A stretch of DNA of 43,061 bases from positions 1 through 43,061 of the forward strand of contig MEDY01000262.1 in NCBI GenBank assembly GCA_001724265.1, in the 5' to 3' direction. The position numbers and the translations under genes were made by a program. Origin of the DNA: Rhizaria sp. SCN 62-66. Lineage: Eukaryota. Positions 11,901 to 22,475 of this stretch are shown piece after piece. Position 1 is the first letter of the stretch, and each line of letters opens with the position of its first letter. The notes beneath the pieces were generated by a model, which saw nothing but the letters and a program-made list of their open reading frames with translations, searched no databases and was not told the DNA's origin.

Positions 11901-12853
11901 TCGCGCCGAAGGTGCACAAGACGAAGCGCTTCTCGGCCGTGCTGTTCCCTGACCGCGTTGACATCTTCACCGCGCCCGACGCCGCTGCCGCGGCCGCCGC
12001 GGACGCCGGCGATGCGCTAGGCGCCAACATCCCCGTCAAGCCCGAGGCGAGCTTCCCCTTCACGCGTCGCTCGACTGTGGCCGTGAGCGGGTCCTCCGTG
12101 ACGGTCGACGTGCAGGCTTCCCCGCGGCGCGGCGTCGACGCGGGCCCCTTTACGCTCACGTTCGACTCGCCCGACGTGGCGGCGGCGTGGGCGGCCGCGA
12201 TCACGTCCTGCGTCTGCGGTCCCCTGGGCTGCGTGTTCGGCGGCAACCTCGCCGTCATCACCGAGCGCTCGCCGTACGTGGTCCCCGCCGTTCTCTACAC
12301 ATGCGTGCAGTACCTCAAGATGCGTGGCATCAACGAGGAAGGGCTGCTCCGCATTCCCGGTGCGCAGGACGCCGTCGCCGCGCTGCGCCGCGCCGCCGAC
12401 GCCCAGGTGGTGCAGATGGGCCCGTTGCTGCGCGACGCGCACACGGTCGCGGGCGTGGTGAAGCTCTTCCTGCGCGAGCTTTCGGACCCGCTGATCCCGT
12501 TCGACCGCTACGCTGAGTTCACGGCGCTCAACACCAAGAACGGGCAGAACCTTGACGCCGCCGCGCTGCGCGTGCGCGACCTTGTCGCCTCTCTGCCGCG
12601 CGCCAACCGTGACACGCTGGCGTACTTGGTGCACTTCCTCGTCCTCGTCGCGCGCAATGGCAAGGTGAACAAGATGGAGAGCAAGAATTGCGCCATGGTC
12701 CTCGCGCCTGGCGTGATGCGCGTCGATGAGTCGGCCGGGAAGGTGGAGAACCCGCAGATGCTGGCCGAGATGCTGCTTGAGCAGGAGTGTCTCGTCAAGC
12801 TTATGATCGACTACTACCCTGTCGTTTTCCCGCGCGGCACGCCCTACCTCTAA
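8964..12853 (+). CDS. Rho GTPase-activating protein, WW-(Pro-rich)-WW-PH-PH-RhoGAP architecture (~1191 aa, 3 exons)
   Basis: Exons 8964-10181, 10320-11546, 11723-12853 with frame-preserving GT-AG introns. WW motifs WMAYFDERSGKDYFSN..VQWSCP and WAAYYSPPADKCYFYNLMTQVTTWECP; PH-like REGTVERLTTGLRKAFKPRFVLL..LEAWCGVL; second PH-like FDSPDVAAAWAAAI; RhoGAP VFGGNL..VPAVLYTCVQYL..EEGLLRIPG (arginine finger)..KLFLREL..NKM. Stop TAA. Confidence 0.9.
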
Positions 12854-14250
12854 GTATGCCTCTAAGCCAGGCCGTCGTGCCGCGAAGTTCGGCCGCCTGT
12901 GGTCGTCAGCGCCAGCAAGCGCCCGCCAGTGTCTACAGTGAGAGCGAGTGAGCGTTCGCCATTTAAGTCAGCATTGTCAGTTCAGTCCGTGTTGTAGTTT
13001 CGTTGAGAGTGGGCTTTCCTCTTTTGAGCATGCTTGACGAAGAGGGGCGGCCTGTCTTTCTGCATATATTCTTGTAGTCTTTATTTCATTTCTTTCTTTT
13101 TGTCAAAGTGTTGTTTTGTTGTCTCTGTTTCTTTTTTCTTGATCGATTGTTTCTTTTCTTTTTGCTTCATTTATTGCTTTTCAGTATTCGTATCGTGTTG
13201 TGTGCTCTCTCTCGGTCACGTTGTATAGGTCTTGCTTTTCCCTTGAGCATGATTGCTAAGCTTTCTCATGTCATAATAATAGCGTCACTGACTGTTCTAG
13301 CATTGTCTTCATCATTATCTTTGTATTTTCATACTGACTTTCGTCGCCTTCCTCCTGCCGACGTTCTGTCTGTGCAGCTCAGTCACTCATCGAACCTGTG
13401 CCTTTATAGTCACTCGAAGCGCCGTAAGCGTATCTCATCACCTCAGCTTAAGTATAAGTTTTAGCCCCAAACTTCCTTTGTTTAGTCTATCACAATATGG
13501 TATCATTATTTTATGGTGACATCATCAACAATATTACAAAAAAAACCTCATTCTGTACATGTGTAAATCCGCACAACAAACAACACTTATCTTCCTTTAC
13601 AATACAAAATCAACCACAAACACAAAGTGTCTGTAGATGGTATATCAAGTTAGATCGCAGCGGAACCTGTGCATTGTATTCACGACACATCCTTATATCA
13701 TTAATCTTTGTCTAGCCTTAGAAACACTCTATCTCATCTTTATGTCGTCGCAAATGTATCTTGCCGGTCTGTCTTTCAAGGTCCGTTGGGTCGGGTGACT
13801 GTGGGCGGCTAGGAATTTGAAGCGCGCACTCGACTGAACACCTGGATTCCACAGCCTATACCTCATGATAATCGCATAGAACTGACATATTTTGCTGGGA
13901 CTAACTACGATCTCCTTAGTAGTATTATCATAAGAACGATTGGTTATGTTCTTGGTGGAATATTCTTTCTTCTCCGTAAGCGTGACAAGTTTCATCCCCT
14001 TGATTCCTTGCACATTTCTTTTGTGAATCAAGCTCGTTATTCTCTGTTATTAATGACCCCGGTGCTAACGGAGCTCAAGCTGTATATATTATACCTGCGA
14101 ACGAAATTATGATCCTTACATCTACCGTGGTTCTTCGTATTCCCAGTTGTCCGCTTCCTTCCCCTGACCACGAGCTCACCTCTCCTTGTTGCATTATTCG
14201 CTCCTCTAACTCTTACTATTGCTTCATATGTGGCGTGCACTTGCAGACAG

Positions 14251-16697
14251 ATGTCCACCTCGAAGCCGGCGGCGTCTACCCCCGAGGCCTCTGGCAGCAC
14301 ATCCGGCACGGTCGCCATCGTCGCCCCCACCCCCACTGCCTCCGTCTCCGCGTCCGTGCTGGCCGAGGTCGACCCCGCGACCCTGCCCACACAGCTCTGC
14401 GCCGTGTACCGCACCAACGTCGTCTCCTTCTTCCGTGGGCCTTTTAACACGGCCGACTACAAGGCCGACCGCGTGGCGCTCGAGATCGCGAACCCGACCT
14501 CGAAGGTGGCCTTCTCTAACGATGGCGCCCGCCTCGCCGTCGCAACCACCTCCGGTGTCCGCGTCGTCGATGCAGAGACGCTCGAGGACGTTGCCACACT
14601 CCCTTGCGCAGGGGCTGCTATTGTGGGCTTCTCGCCGCTCGGCCACTTCGTCACCACGTTCGAGATGCTCACGGCAGAGTGCCCCAAGAACTTCGCCATC
14701 TGGAAGCTGCCTGGCGCCCCCGCTGACGACGCTGAGGCCGCTGCTGCCACTGAGGCTGCGGAGGCCACGGAGCCCGCCACTGATGACGCGGCTGCTGCTG
14801 AGACTGCTGCTGCTTCTGAGGACGACGCGAATGACATCAAGCCTGTGCTCCGGTACGTCTCCATTTACGAATATCACTATCTTGTGGTACTATTCAATAA
14901 TATCTCATACTAGTTCCAGGTTATATTCCACCATCTTAACTTGTCCTTCTTTTCACAAATATCTCATTCTTGTATCATCACTTGTACACTTTTGCGCTCT
15001 TTTCAATCATCGCAGCCTCGTTCTGGAGAAAGACAACCGCATCCACTCAGAGCTGCAGTGGACCGCCGACGAGAAGCACCTGCTGTTCCACCCGAGCGGC
15101 GCCTCGGAAATCCACATCTACAACGGCCGCGCACCCGCCAAGGTCGTCTCCAAGATCACCGTCCACCGCCTGCGCTCCTACAAAGTCTCGCCGCTGGGCA
15201 AGGACGGCGTGACCTCGCACATCGCGGTGTTTTCCCTTGCCAAGGGCAACCAGGAGCCCGCGGCCGTGCACGTGTTCGACCTCGCCAAGCCGGCGCGCGC
15301 GCGCACGATGCTGCCGTTCGGCGGCGCCGAGGAGGCGACGCTGATGTGGAACTCCCTGGGTTCGGCGGTGCTCATCAAGACTCTGACGCACGACACCGGT
15401 GGCGCGAGCTACTACGGCCAGACGCGGCTCTACATGCTGCTCGCGGACGGGTCCGCCGAGTACAACGTTACGCTCGGTACCGGCGCCGTGCTCGACGTCG
15501 CCTGGGCGCCCCGCACTTACGACTTCATCACGCTCATCGGCGAGGCCCGTTGCGCCAAGGCCACTGTGTGGTCCGCCAAGAACTGCCAGCCCACCAAGGT
15601 ACGAAGACTGCTATCAAGCAAAAGGGCTTATCGTTTCATTGTAATTTCAACATGTTATGTTAATTGGTTTTTTCAGTGTTTTTCTTGATTGTAATTTTCA
15701 ATTCTCATGCCAATATCTCATCATCTTGTACTCTTTGAATCACTCCTTTGTCTCACTTTGCGCTCTCGCCACTGCACTCTAGGAGCTCGGTACGGGCGCG
15801 TGGAACACGATCCGCTTCTCTCCCAGCGGCCGCTTCGTCGTACTGGCGGGCTTCGGCGCGCTGGCGGGCGAGTTCGAGGTGTGGGACCGAAACAAGATGC
15901 TGCGCCTGTGCTCCTCACAGGACACCGACTCCCCCAAGACGCTCGAGTGGACGCCTTGTGGGCGCTACTTCATCACGGCCACGCTGTTCCCGTGGTTGCG
16001 CGTGGGCAACAAGTTCAAGATCCGCCACTACGGCGGCGGCGTCGTGTACGAGGAGGCCGTCGCCACTGAGGACCTCCAGCAGATCGCAATCCGCCCCGCG
16101 CTGCCCAACGTCTTCCCCGACCGCCCTGCGTCGCCCGAGCTCGTCGAGCGCATCTCCGGCGGCAGCGCCGGCGCCGCTGTCGCCGCATCGGCCACCGCTG
16201 GCGCTGCCAACGGGGCCAATGTGGGCGCGGGCGCGGGCGCGGGCGCCAGTGCGGCGGCCAAGAAGGCCGCCCCGCCGGCGCCGGCGCCCAAAGCGGGCGG
16301 GTACGTGCCGCCGCACAAGCGCGGACTGGCCAACGCGGGCGCGACGGACCTGATGAAGCAGAGTCAGAACGCCGGCGCCACGGGCCCCCGCGACCTGCTC
16401 AAGGAGAAGAAAAAGGTACGCAAACTATGAACTTTGAGACGGGACATGTCGCTAAGATTTGATGATGTTGAAAGATATGAGCATTACACAATGGATGTAC
16501 TTATATTTCTTATTTTAGACTGTTGAGCTAACATTATACGTTGTATGTTGCTTACTTTTGTTCTTTTTCACTTGCAGCTCATCACGGAGCAGATTCTGCC
16601 CAGTGATAACACCAACTACTACAACCAGGGCAACTACAAGGCCGGCAGCAACGGCAACACCAACGGCAACAAGCAGCATGGTGGCCAGCGCAAGTAA
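14251..16697 (+). CDS. EIF2A: Eukaryotic translation initiation factor 2A (WD beta-propeller; ~645 aa, 4 exons)
   Basis: Exons 14251-14852, 15016-15598, 15783-16415, 16578-16697. eIF2A motifs FSPLGHFVTTF, LMWNSLGSAVL, GASYYGQTRLY, DVAWAP, FSPSGRFVVLAGFGALAGEFEVWD, WTPCGRYFITATLFPWLRVGN, YVPPHKR. Stop TAA. Confidence 0.88.
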
Positions 16698-17103
16698 GTC
16701 ATTGGGCGATGTGCGTTACGTGTATCCGGGCAAAGACAACTATAAAGATGGGTGTATTGCGGTGTTATTGGATATGATTGTGTCACGTGCGGTGTAAAGT
16801 GCAAGTAACTGGTGTTATCAGTTCAGCTCGTATTGCACAGCGACGAGGTGAATGAGTGAATTTTACATAGATTTAGTATAAACAAAGTCTCTTGATAACC
16901 TAACGCATGTGTTCTCCACGTGCTTAACATTAGATCGAATGATTACAATAGTTGAATCACGCTGACCGGTGACCAGGTGATTGCGTCTTGTATCAATATT
17001 AGCAGTGCTCACAGTAGTTGCCTAAAACTGCGCCATTGAATATGATTGTCTCGCTGATCTAAGTCTAATCCACGTTCTTAAATTTGCTTTGGTTGTTTGA
17101 TTT

Positions 17104-17110
17104 AAAAAAA
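17104..17110 (-). terminator. Oligo-T (T7) Pol III-type terminator
   Basis: A7 on + strand at 17104-17110, directly after the last predicted helix (GAGGGGC-UUUUUUU) of the GC-rich structured island. Confidence 0.5.
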
Positions 17111-17396
17111 GCCCCTCTTAGCCCGCCCCAATTCGCGCCGAAGCGCTGGGAGTCCTTGTGTGGCAATCGCGCTGTTTAGACGCGGCCGCCACTGACAGAC
17201 AGACCCCGGAGCCCCCGCGCCTGGCGTGTCGCAGGGGAGCTGACACAGCGGGGGACCGGGGTGGGGCGGAGCAGGGAAGGGTGGCTCGGAATCATTAGGG
17301 TTATTAAGACACATAAAGTCCCCTAGATAAGACATGGATTCTGGTGAGGAGGCCGACCAAGTGTCGCGCCACCGACCGTACTCACGGGCGAGCCTT
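17104..17396 (-). ncRNA. Putative Pol III-type structured ncRNA (~290 nt); candidate telomerase RNA
   Basis: GC-rich island in an AT-rich spacer. Several strong helices whose G-U pairs favour the minus strand. Ends in T7. Contains UAACCCUAA (17295-17303). Identity as telomerase RNA is inference only. Confidence 0.55.
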
Positions 17397-17934
17397 GTTG
17401 TGACACAAACTATAAATCTTTAGTTAGTGTAAGTGAGTAAAATAGAAGTATATTACATTTTCATTTTCGGTAATGTAGGAACTACTTCTTAATGCAAAAA
17501 TTTGTGGAGAAATACCATTATTTGACGGGAACCAACTTTTTTGTGACTAGACTATGCGTTTACCTAGTTCAGTGTACGATATTGACAGAACATTAGTGTT
17601 TCTTGTCATGTTTACCAATACATTCATCGACCCTTAATATAAAACATATTGTCATTGTCACATGTATTATTGAAAACCCTTCGTATTCATGCATCACACG
17701 AGTAATTTCTCTGATACATTGGTCCTCTGGCAACCTCAAAAACGAGTAATTGCGTCAAATAAATGAACCTTTGCGGGTCTTGAGAAATGTGAGGCAGCGG
17801 CAAAAGATATTCGCTACAAAACAGATGACAACCAAACATAATTCATGCTTTCATTGTCTCGGAATTGGGAAAGTTGACTGCAGCGCAGTCGCATCATCCA
17901 TTGGTGTGAAAGGTATCTCAACTCAAGTCTCAAC

Positions 17935-18781
17935 TCAAGGCGAACGCTGAAGCTTGAAGTCGCCGACAACAAAAGTCTCCAGCTTGGAATCTGCAACCTT
18001 TGTGAGCAGAGCCTCCGTCTTAGCCATGATTTGACTCGCCACCTCAGTCACAGTGTCGTCCGCATTAATGGTCTCCCAGCTCTTACCCAGGGGTGTGTCG
18101 TCGCGCATCGTCTCGAAGGCAGCCCGCACGGCGCGCTGGATTTCAGTCTTCTCGTAGCGCTCCTCGCCGAAACCGCCGCGGGCAGCGGCGACCTAAGAGA
18201 TGTCAAGGCGGGCGTACAGGGCAGGGTGTTGAGAAAAATATGCGACATAAAATATGTGAGTACGACAATTTGCTTAAGTATCTCATGTCCGACGAGTTTT
18301 GAATCGTTTGTGTTAGACGAACCTGGTCACTGACGGTGAGGAAATACACCGAATCAGGCTTGGGCAGCCCAACTTCAGGCGCGCAGCACCAATCCCAGTC
18401 GAGCCCCTTGAACACGGAGTAGGCGATGCCCGAGAAGGAGTAACGGTCGACTACTACGGTCTCGCCGCGGTTAATGCGCTCTAAGATGGATGCAACGGCT
18501 TCGAACCGATTTGCAGAGAAGAGTAGATGAATGCAACGGTCATCTAGTTGCGTAGCCTGTTGAAGATACGCGTCGCAGAGACCGCCGATCACAGTGGAGC
18601 GGTCGGGGAAGCGCTGCAGTGAGGCCTTGCGGCCGGACTCGTTGAGCACGTCAACAAGCTTAGCCGCCTGAGTGCTCTTGCCAGAGCGGTCCAAACCCTC
18701 AAACACAATCAACGCGCCACGTTTAGGTGCAGAACTGGCCGCCGAGGCAGCGGATGATGAGACACATGTGGACGTAGACAT
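17935..18781 (-). CDS. DTYMK: Thymidylate kinase (dTMP kinase; ~238 aa, 2 exons)
   Basis: Exons 18781-18323 and 18192-17935 (intron GTTCGT..TAG, 130 nt). RGALIVFEGLDRSGKST P-loop, RFPDRST, HLLFSANR, VVDRYSFSGIAY, GLPKPD, RGGFGEERYE. Stop TGA. Confidence 0.95.
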
Positions 18782-19615
18782 GGTGACAAAGCGGCACGGG
18801 GCGATAAGTGGGGTGCGAACGAACTGTGGCAAAGTTCGAACAGGAACGAGATTGGAAGCAAGAAGCTTGCTGCAGGTGCGGGATAACAAAATGCCTTACT
18901 ATTTACAAATGGTACATACATTTACATGAGCTGATGAGTAAGTTATCGCGAGCTGGAGCAATGAGTGGTTGGGGTTGAGATAGAGGAGGTTGAGGAATAG
19001 GATGGGAACAAGTGTTGTTATTGCGATAATATAGAGTAACTCATACCGCATATGAATATTGTAAACAAAAACAAAACACCTTAAAAGAATCAATTAAAAG
19101 ATACCTATACAAACATCACAACAGATTGTGGAGATTTCTAACTTCCACAACCATGTCCAAATCTGGCGGGAAAAATAAGATTAAATTAGTGTATTAGCGA
19201 CAAGCCTGAGTGCGCCAAAGGAAAAAGATTTCAACTGTGATACGTAGGGTCAAATTCACAGAGGAGAGGAAATATAGGAGCACATAATTGTGCATAATCA
19301 CAAAGTTGAAATGCCACCAATATAGCTGTTGATGATCTGACAATGATGACATTGAAGGGTTGATGAATAGTCTTAACAGGAGTCCGTTCCCAATTTCTTG
19401 AGCCGATCTTGAGCCGAACGCACTTGTGTCATTGCCCAAACACCCGATTATATCCTCTCAATCGACGTATACGTTCTTTCAGTGGTGTTTATGGGTGTCT
19501 TCTGTGCTCTCAACCAACTGATCTCTGAATTAATGTTGATATATTGCAATATCGCTCACACGCCCCACGCATTTTCTTGGTTGGCCTGGCGCGTTTAGTT
19601 CTCTTGCCGGATCCC

Positions 19616-20744
19616 ATGGACCAAGCATTCGAGCGTTTCAACGAGCAGATCGAGGCTGAGGAGGCCGTGCGTGACGTGATCCGCGTGCAGGTGCGTCTGC
19701 TGAACAAGGTCTCGCGCTCCATCGTCTCCGACTCTGAGAAGCTGCGCCACCACCTCTCGGTCCAGGCCGCCGCGCTCACCGACGACAACACCCCCGCAGC
19801 CACCGCCGCTACCGCCCCTGCCGCGATCGGCGCTGCCGCCGGGGACGAGGACTCGCTGGCGTTTACCTCTGCGTCGCCGTTCGTGTCGCAGACGGCGTTC
19901 CTGGCCCACGGCAAAGCCGTCCTGGCCAAGTGCGCCGAGCTCGCGCCCATCTGGGCCGCCCTCGAGGAGGCCATCAACGCCGCCGCGGCGCGCGGCCGCG
20001 CGGCAGGTGCGACTGGCGACGAGGGCAACGTGCTGGCCGTGGCGGCGAAGCAGCGCGACTCGTGGAAGTTCGCGCTCGGTGACGTGTTGGCGACCGTGGC
20101 CCTGGTCTACTACCTCGTCTACGGCAAGCTCATCAACCAGGAGACGATGAACGAGATCGTCAAGGGTACGTCTCATGTGCGGTTACATGCATGCGCAGTG
20201 CATAGAGCTAAATACGAGTCTTTATGTTGCGTCGTGGTCTTTCGCTACGCCTTTATTATGTTTCATGCTGATATTGAGTCAGTCCAGCTGTCATGCGCAG
20301 TTACTTTTCTTTGCATCATAACGATCGTCTTCATTCTATCCATTGTCTTTCGTGTTTTGTTCCGTTTTTCCCTGAATGTGTTTTGCCACCACAGTCCCCG
20401 AGTCGATCGGCGTGCCTCTGGACGACTACCTGCTTGCGCTGGCCTCAATCCCCGGCGAGCTGGTGTCTTTCTCTGTCAACTCCGTCCGCGTCAACGTCTA
20501 CGACGCGCCCGCCAAGATCTCATCTTTCGTCAGCGATCTTTACTCGGGCTTCCGCGCGCTTAGCCTCAAGAACGACGCACTGCGCCGCCGCTTTGACGGC
20601 ATCAAGTACGCCGTCAAAAAGCTCGACGACATCGTGTACGACCTCCACATCCGCAAGCTCGGCACCACTGGCAGCAGCGGTAACGGCAGCGTCACGACGG
20701 GGCAGCCGGCCACGGACGGCGACGCGACGGCGCCGGCGCAGTGA
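19616..20744 (+). CDS. TSN: Translin (C3PO subunit; ~299 aa, 2 exons)
   Basis: Exons 19616-20165 and 20395-20744. C-terminal DYLLAL..GEL..SVNSV..ISSFVSDLYSGFRALSLKNDALRRRFDGIKYAVKKLDDIVYDLHIR matches the translin signature. Ala-rich insertions in the N-terminal half. Stop TGA. Confidence 0.92.
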
Positions 20745-21469
20745 GCGGCGCAGTGTGCGGTCAACGGTCTGTGCGGGCGCAGTTTGAGATGAGCTCAGTC
20801 GAATCGGTAAGTGTGACAGTTTAGGTGTTGTAACACTCTTTCTCAGGCGTGCGATGCAGTCAAAAGGCCATGTGGAAGCTGGTAAGTTGTTGTTGTTTTT
20901 GCAGCATAATACACATCAATATCAATGAACAGATGTACATGCCGAAATTTTCTTAGAACATAAGTAAATCATGTCACTAAACGCATATGGCCATGCTCGT
21001 TACTCGTGTTCTTTTGACGGAATGGATTCCACATTCTTATTTAACACACATTTTTCAATAAAGATTGGTCATTACATGAAGATATATGCTTTGACTTTGC
21101 TCAGTTCTCTGTCATGAAAACGTAAGGTCTGGCGAGTATATGAAGATTTCAACAAGTTTTATGGAGCGCTGATGCGTTGGAACTGCACACTCGTAGTTGA
21201 AATTATAACGTTATTGTATACACATGAGTCTATTGAATCTGTTAATGTGTACGACCCCAGCAAAAGTATAAAATCTCTCTATTGTTCACTTTCCGCATGT
21301 GCGTCGCAGTTCAGCAACTTTGCGCAGGAAATGGCGCGTAAAGGCACACAACAAAGTTCGAAAATGTTAATTACGACGCTGCACCCGAGCCATACGGCGC
21401 CCTCAAATCGGTGCCTTCAAATGCCTGATAGTGCTCGATGGATGACTCATAGTGTCAAAGCTCGAGAGA

Positions 21470-22093
21470 TCAGAGGACGAATCCGCCGAAGAGGATGCTG
21501 TCCCCGGCACAGCGCTCGAAGAGGTACATAGACGCGGCGAGCCCGTAGTGGAAAAGGTTCTCGCGGCGCGTGCCGAGCAGGTAGCGGTGGCGGTCTGCGC
21601 CAACGACGACGGTGGAGAGGACGAAGACTGCGCATGCGAGCAGCGGCAGCAGGCGCTGGCGCATGACGCCAGAGTAGCACAGCAGCGCGAGCGCGGCGAC
21701 GTTGGCGGCCGTGCGCGAGTTGTCCGCGCCCTGCTCCGAGAAAAACGCCTTGCCGGCGAGGAAGATGGCGCAGAGGGCCGCGAACACGGTCTCGTTGGGC
21801 AGGAAAGCGGGGCGGAACGAGGCGGGAGTCACCAGCAGCATGATCATCGGCGTGCCCACGGCGGCAGCGAACTGAGACAGAAAGCTGTTCAGGTGCGCAA
21901 AGGCGCGCGGGTGCCAGCCAAAGCGCAGCACACCCGCGGCGGCCGCGGCGGCGATGGTGCCGAAGCCGACGGCGAGGTAGAAGTTGGCATGAATCTTGTA
22001 CGCGGTGAGGGCGCAGTAAATAGCCGACAGCAGATTCACGAAGTCCGAGAACGCAATGTCCTTGTAAACACCGTAGTCAATGGACTTCGACAT
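21470..22093 (-). CDS. Uncharacterised multi-pass membrane protein (207 aa, about 6-7 hydrophobic segments)
   Basis: Single-exon ATG-TGA ORF with GC-rich codon use like the neighbouring genes, flanked by AT-rich DNA; alternating hydrophobic stretches; motifs GVLRFG and RENLFHY. Confidence 0.8.
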   Translation of the reverse strand: MSKSIDYGVYKDIAFSDFVNLLSAIYCALTAYKIHANFYLAVGFGTIAAAAAAGVLRFGWHPRAFAHLNSFLSQFAAAVGTPMIMLLVTPASFRPAFLPNETVFAALCAIFLAGKAFFSEQGADNSRTAANVAALALLCYSGVMRQRLLPLLACAVFVLSTVVVGADRHRYLLGTRRENLFHYGLAASMYLFERCAGDSILFGGFVL

Positions 22094-22475
22094 AATAGGT
22101 GAAATAATTTAATTCGCAATTGACGATCAAACAAAGTTGAAATAGCCATGACTTGAAAGCAGACACTTTGTGCACGAGGCAAATTGACCGGTTCCTAAAA
22201 ATTATCCCGGTTCAGTGGTATCGGCGGAGTGTGCCGCCGTTGATTGTGGTGGTGGCCTTGGTCAGACTTTGTCATCTATAATTACGGGCATTTCATTGTA
22301 TACGGATCTATTATTCGCGAAAAAATGATAATAAACGCAGTTGATAATTGGAACATGTTATTCAATCCCTTAGATACGAACTATGCACCTCTCCCATGTT
22401 ATCTCACAACGCCCGCTTTTTCTCTGGTGCTATGATCCGAACCCCGACCGCTCTGCTCCAGGTTCCAAGCGCGTC

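Noticed and set aside
13030-13470. Hydrophobic short ORFs downstream of the RhoGAP
   Set aside because: T-rich 3'UTR/intergenic sequence producing Phe/Leu/Cys-rich pseudo-translations.
13729-14031. 100-aa minus-strand ORF in the RhoGAP-eIF2A spacer
   Set aside because: Non-ATG start, AT-rich codon use unlike real genes, no motif; reading through its TAG adds only about 11 codons. Possibly a decayed element but unsupported.
17104-17396. SRP RNA, RNase P/MRP RNA, U3 or tRNA as the identity of the GC island; also the 77-aa ORF 17102..17335
   Set aside because: No SRP helix 6/8 GNRA loops or SRP54 motif; AAAGTCCCC (MRP CR-I-like) is on the + strand with no downstream GGGGCU partner; no U3 boxes or cloverleaf; the ORF has no coding features.
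17471-17481. TTCCTACATTA (minus strand) resembling the plant snRNA upstream element
   Set aside because: Imperfect match and spacing to the TATA-like motif (~55 nt) does not fit plant type-3 promoters; needs this genome's U6 promoter for comparison.
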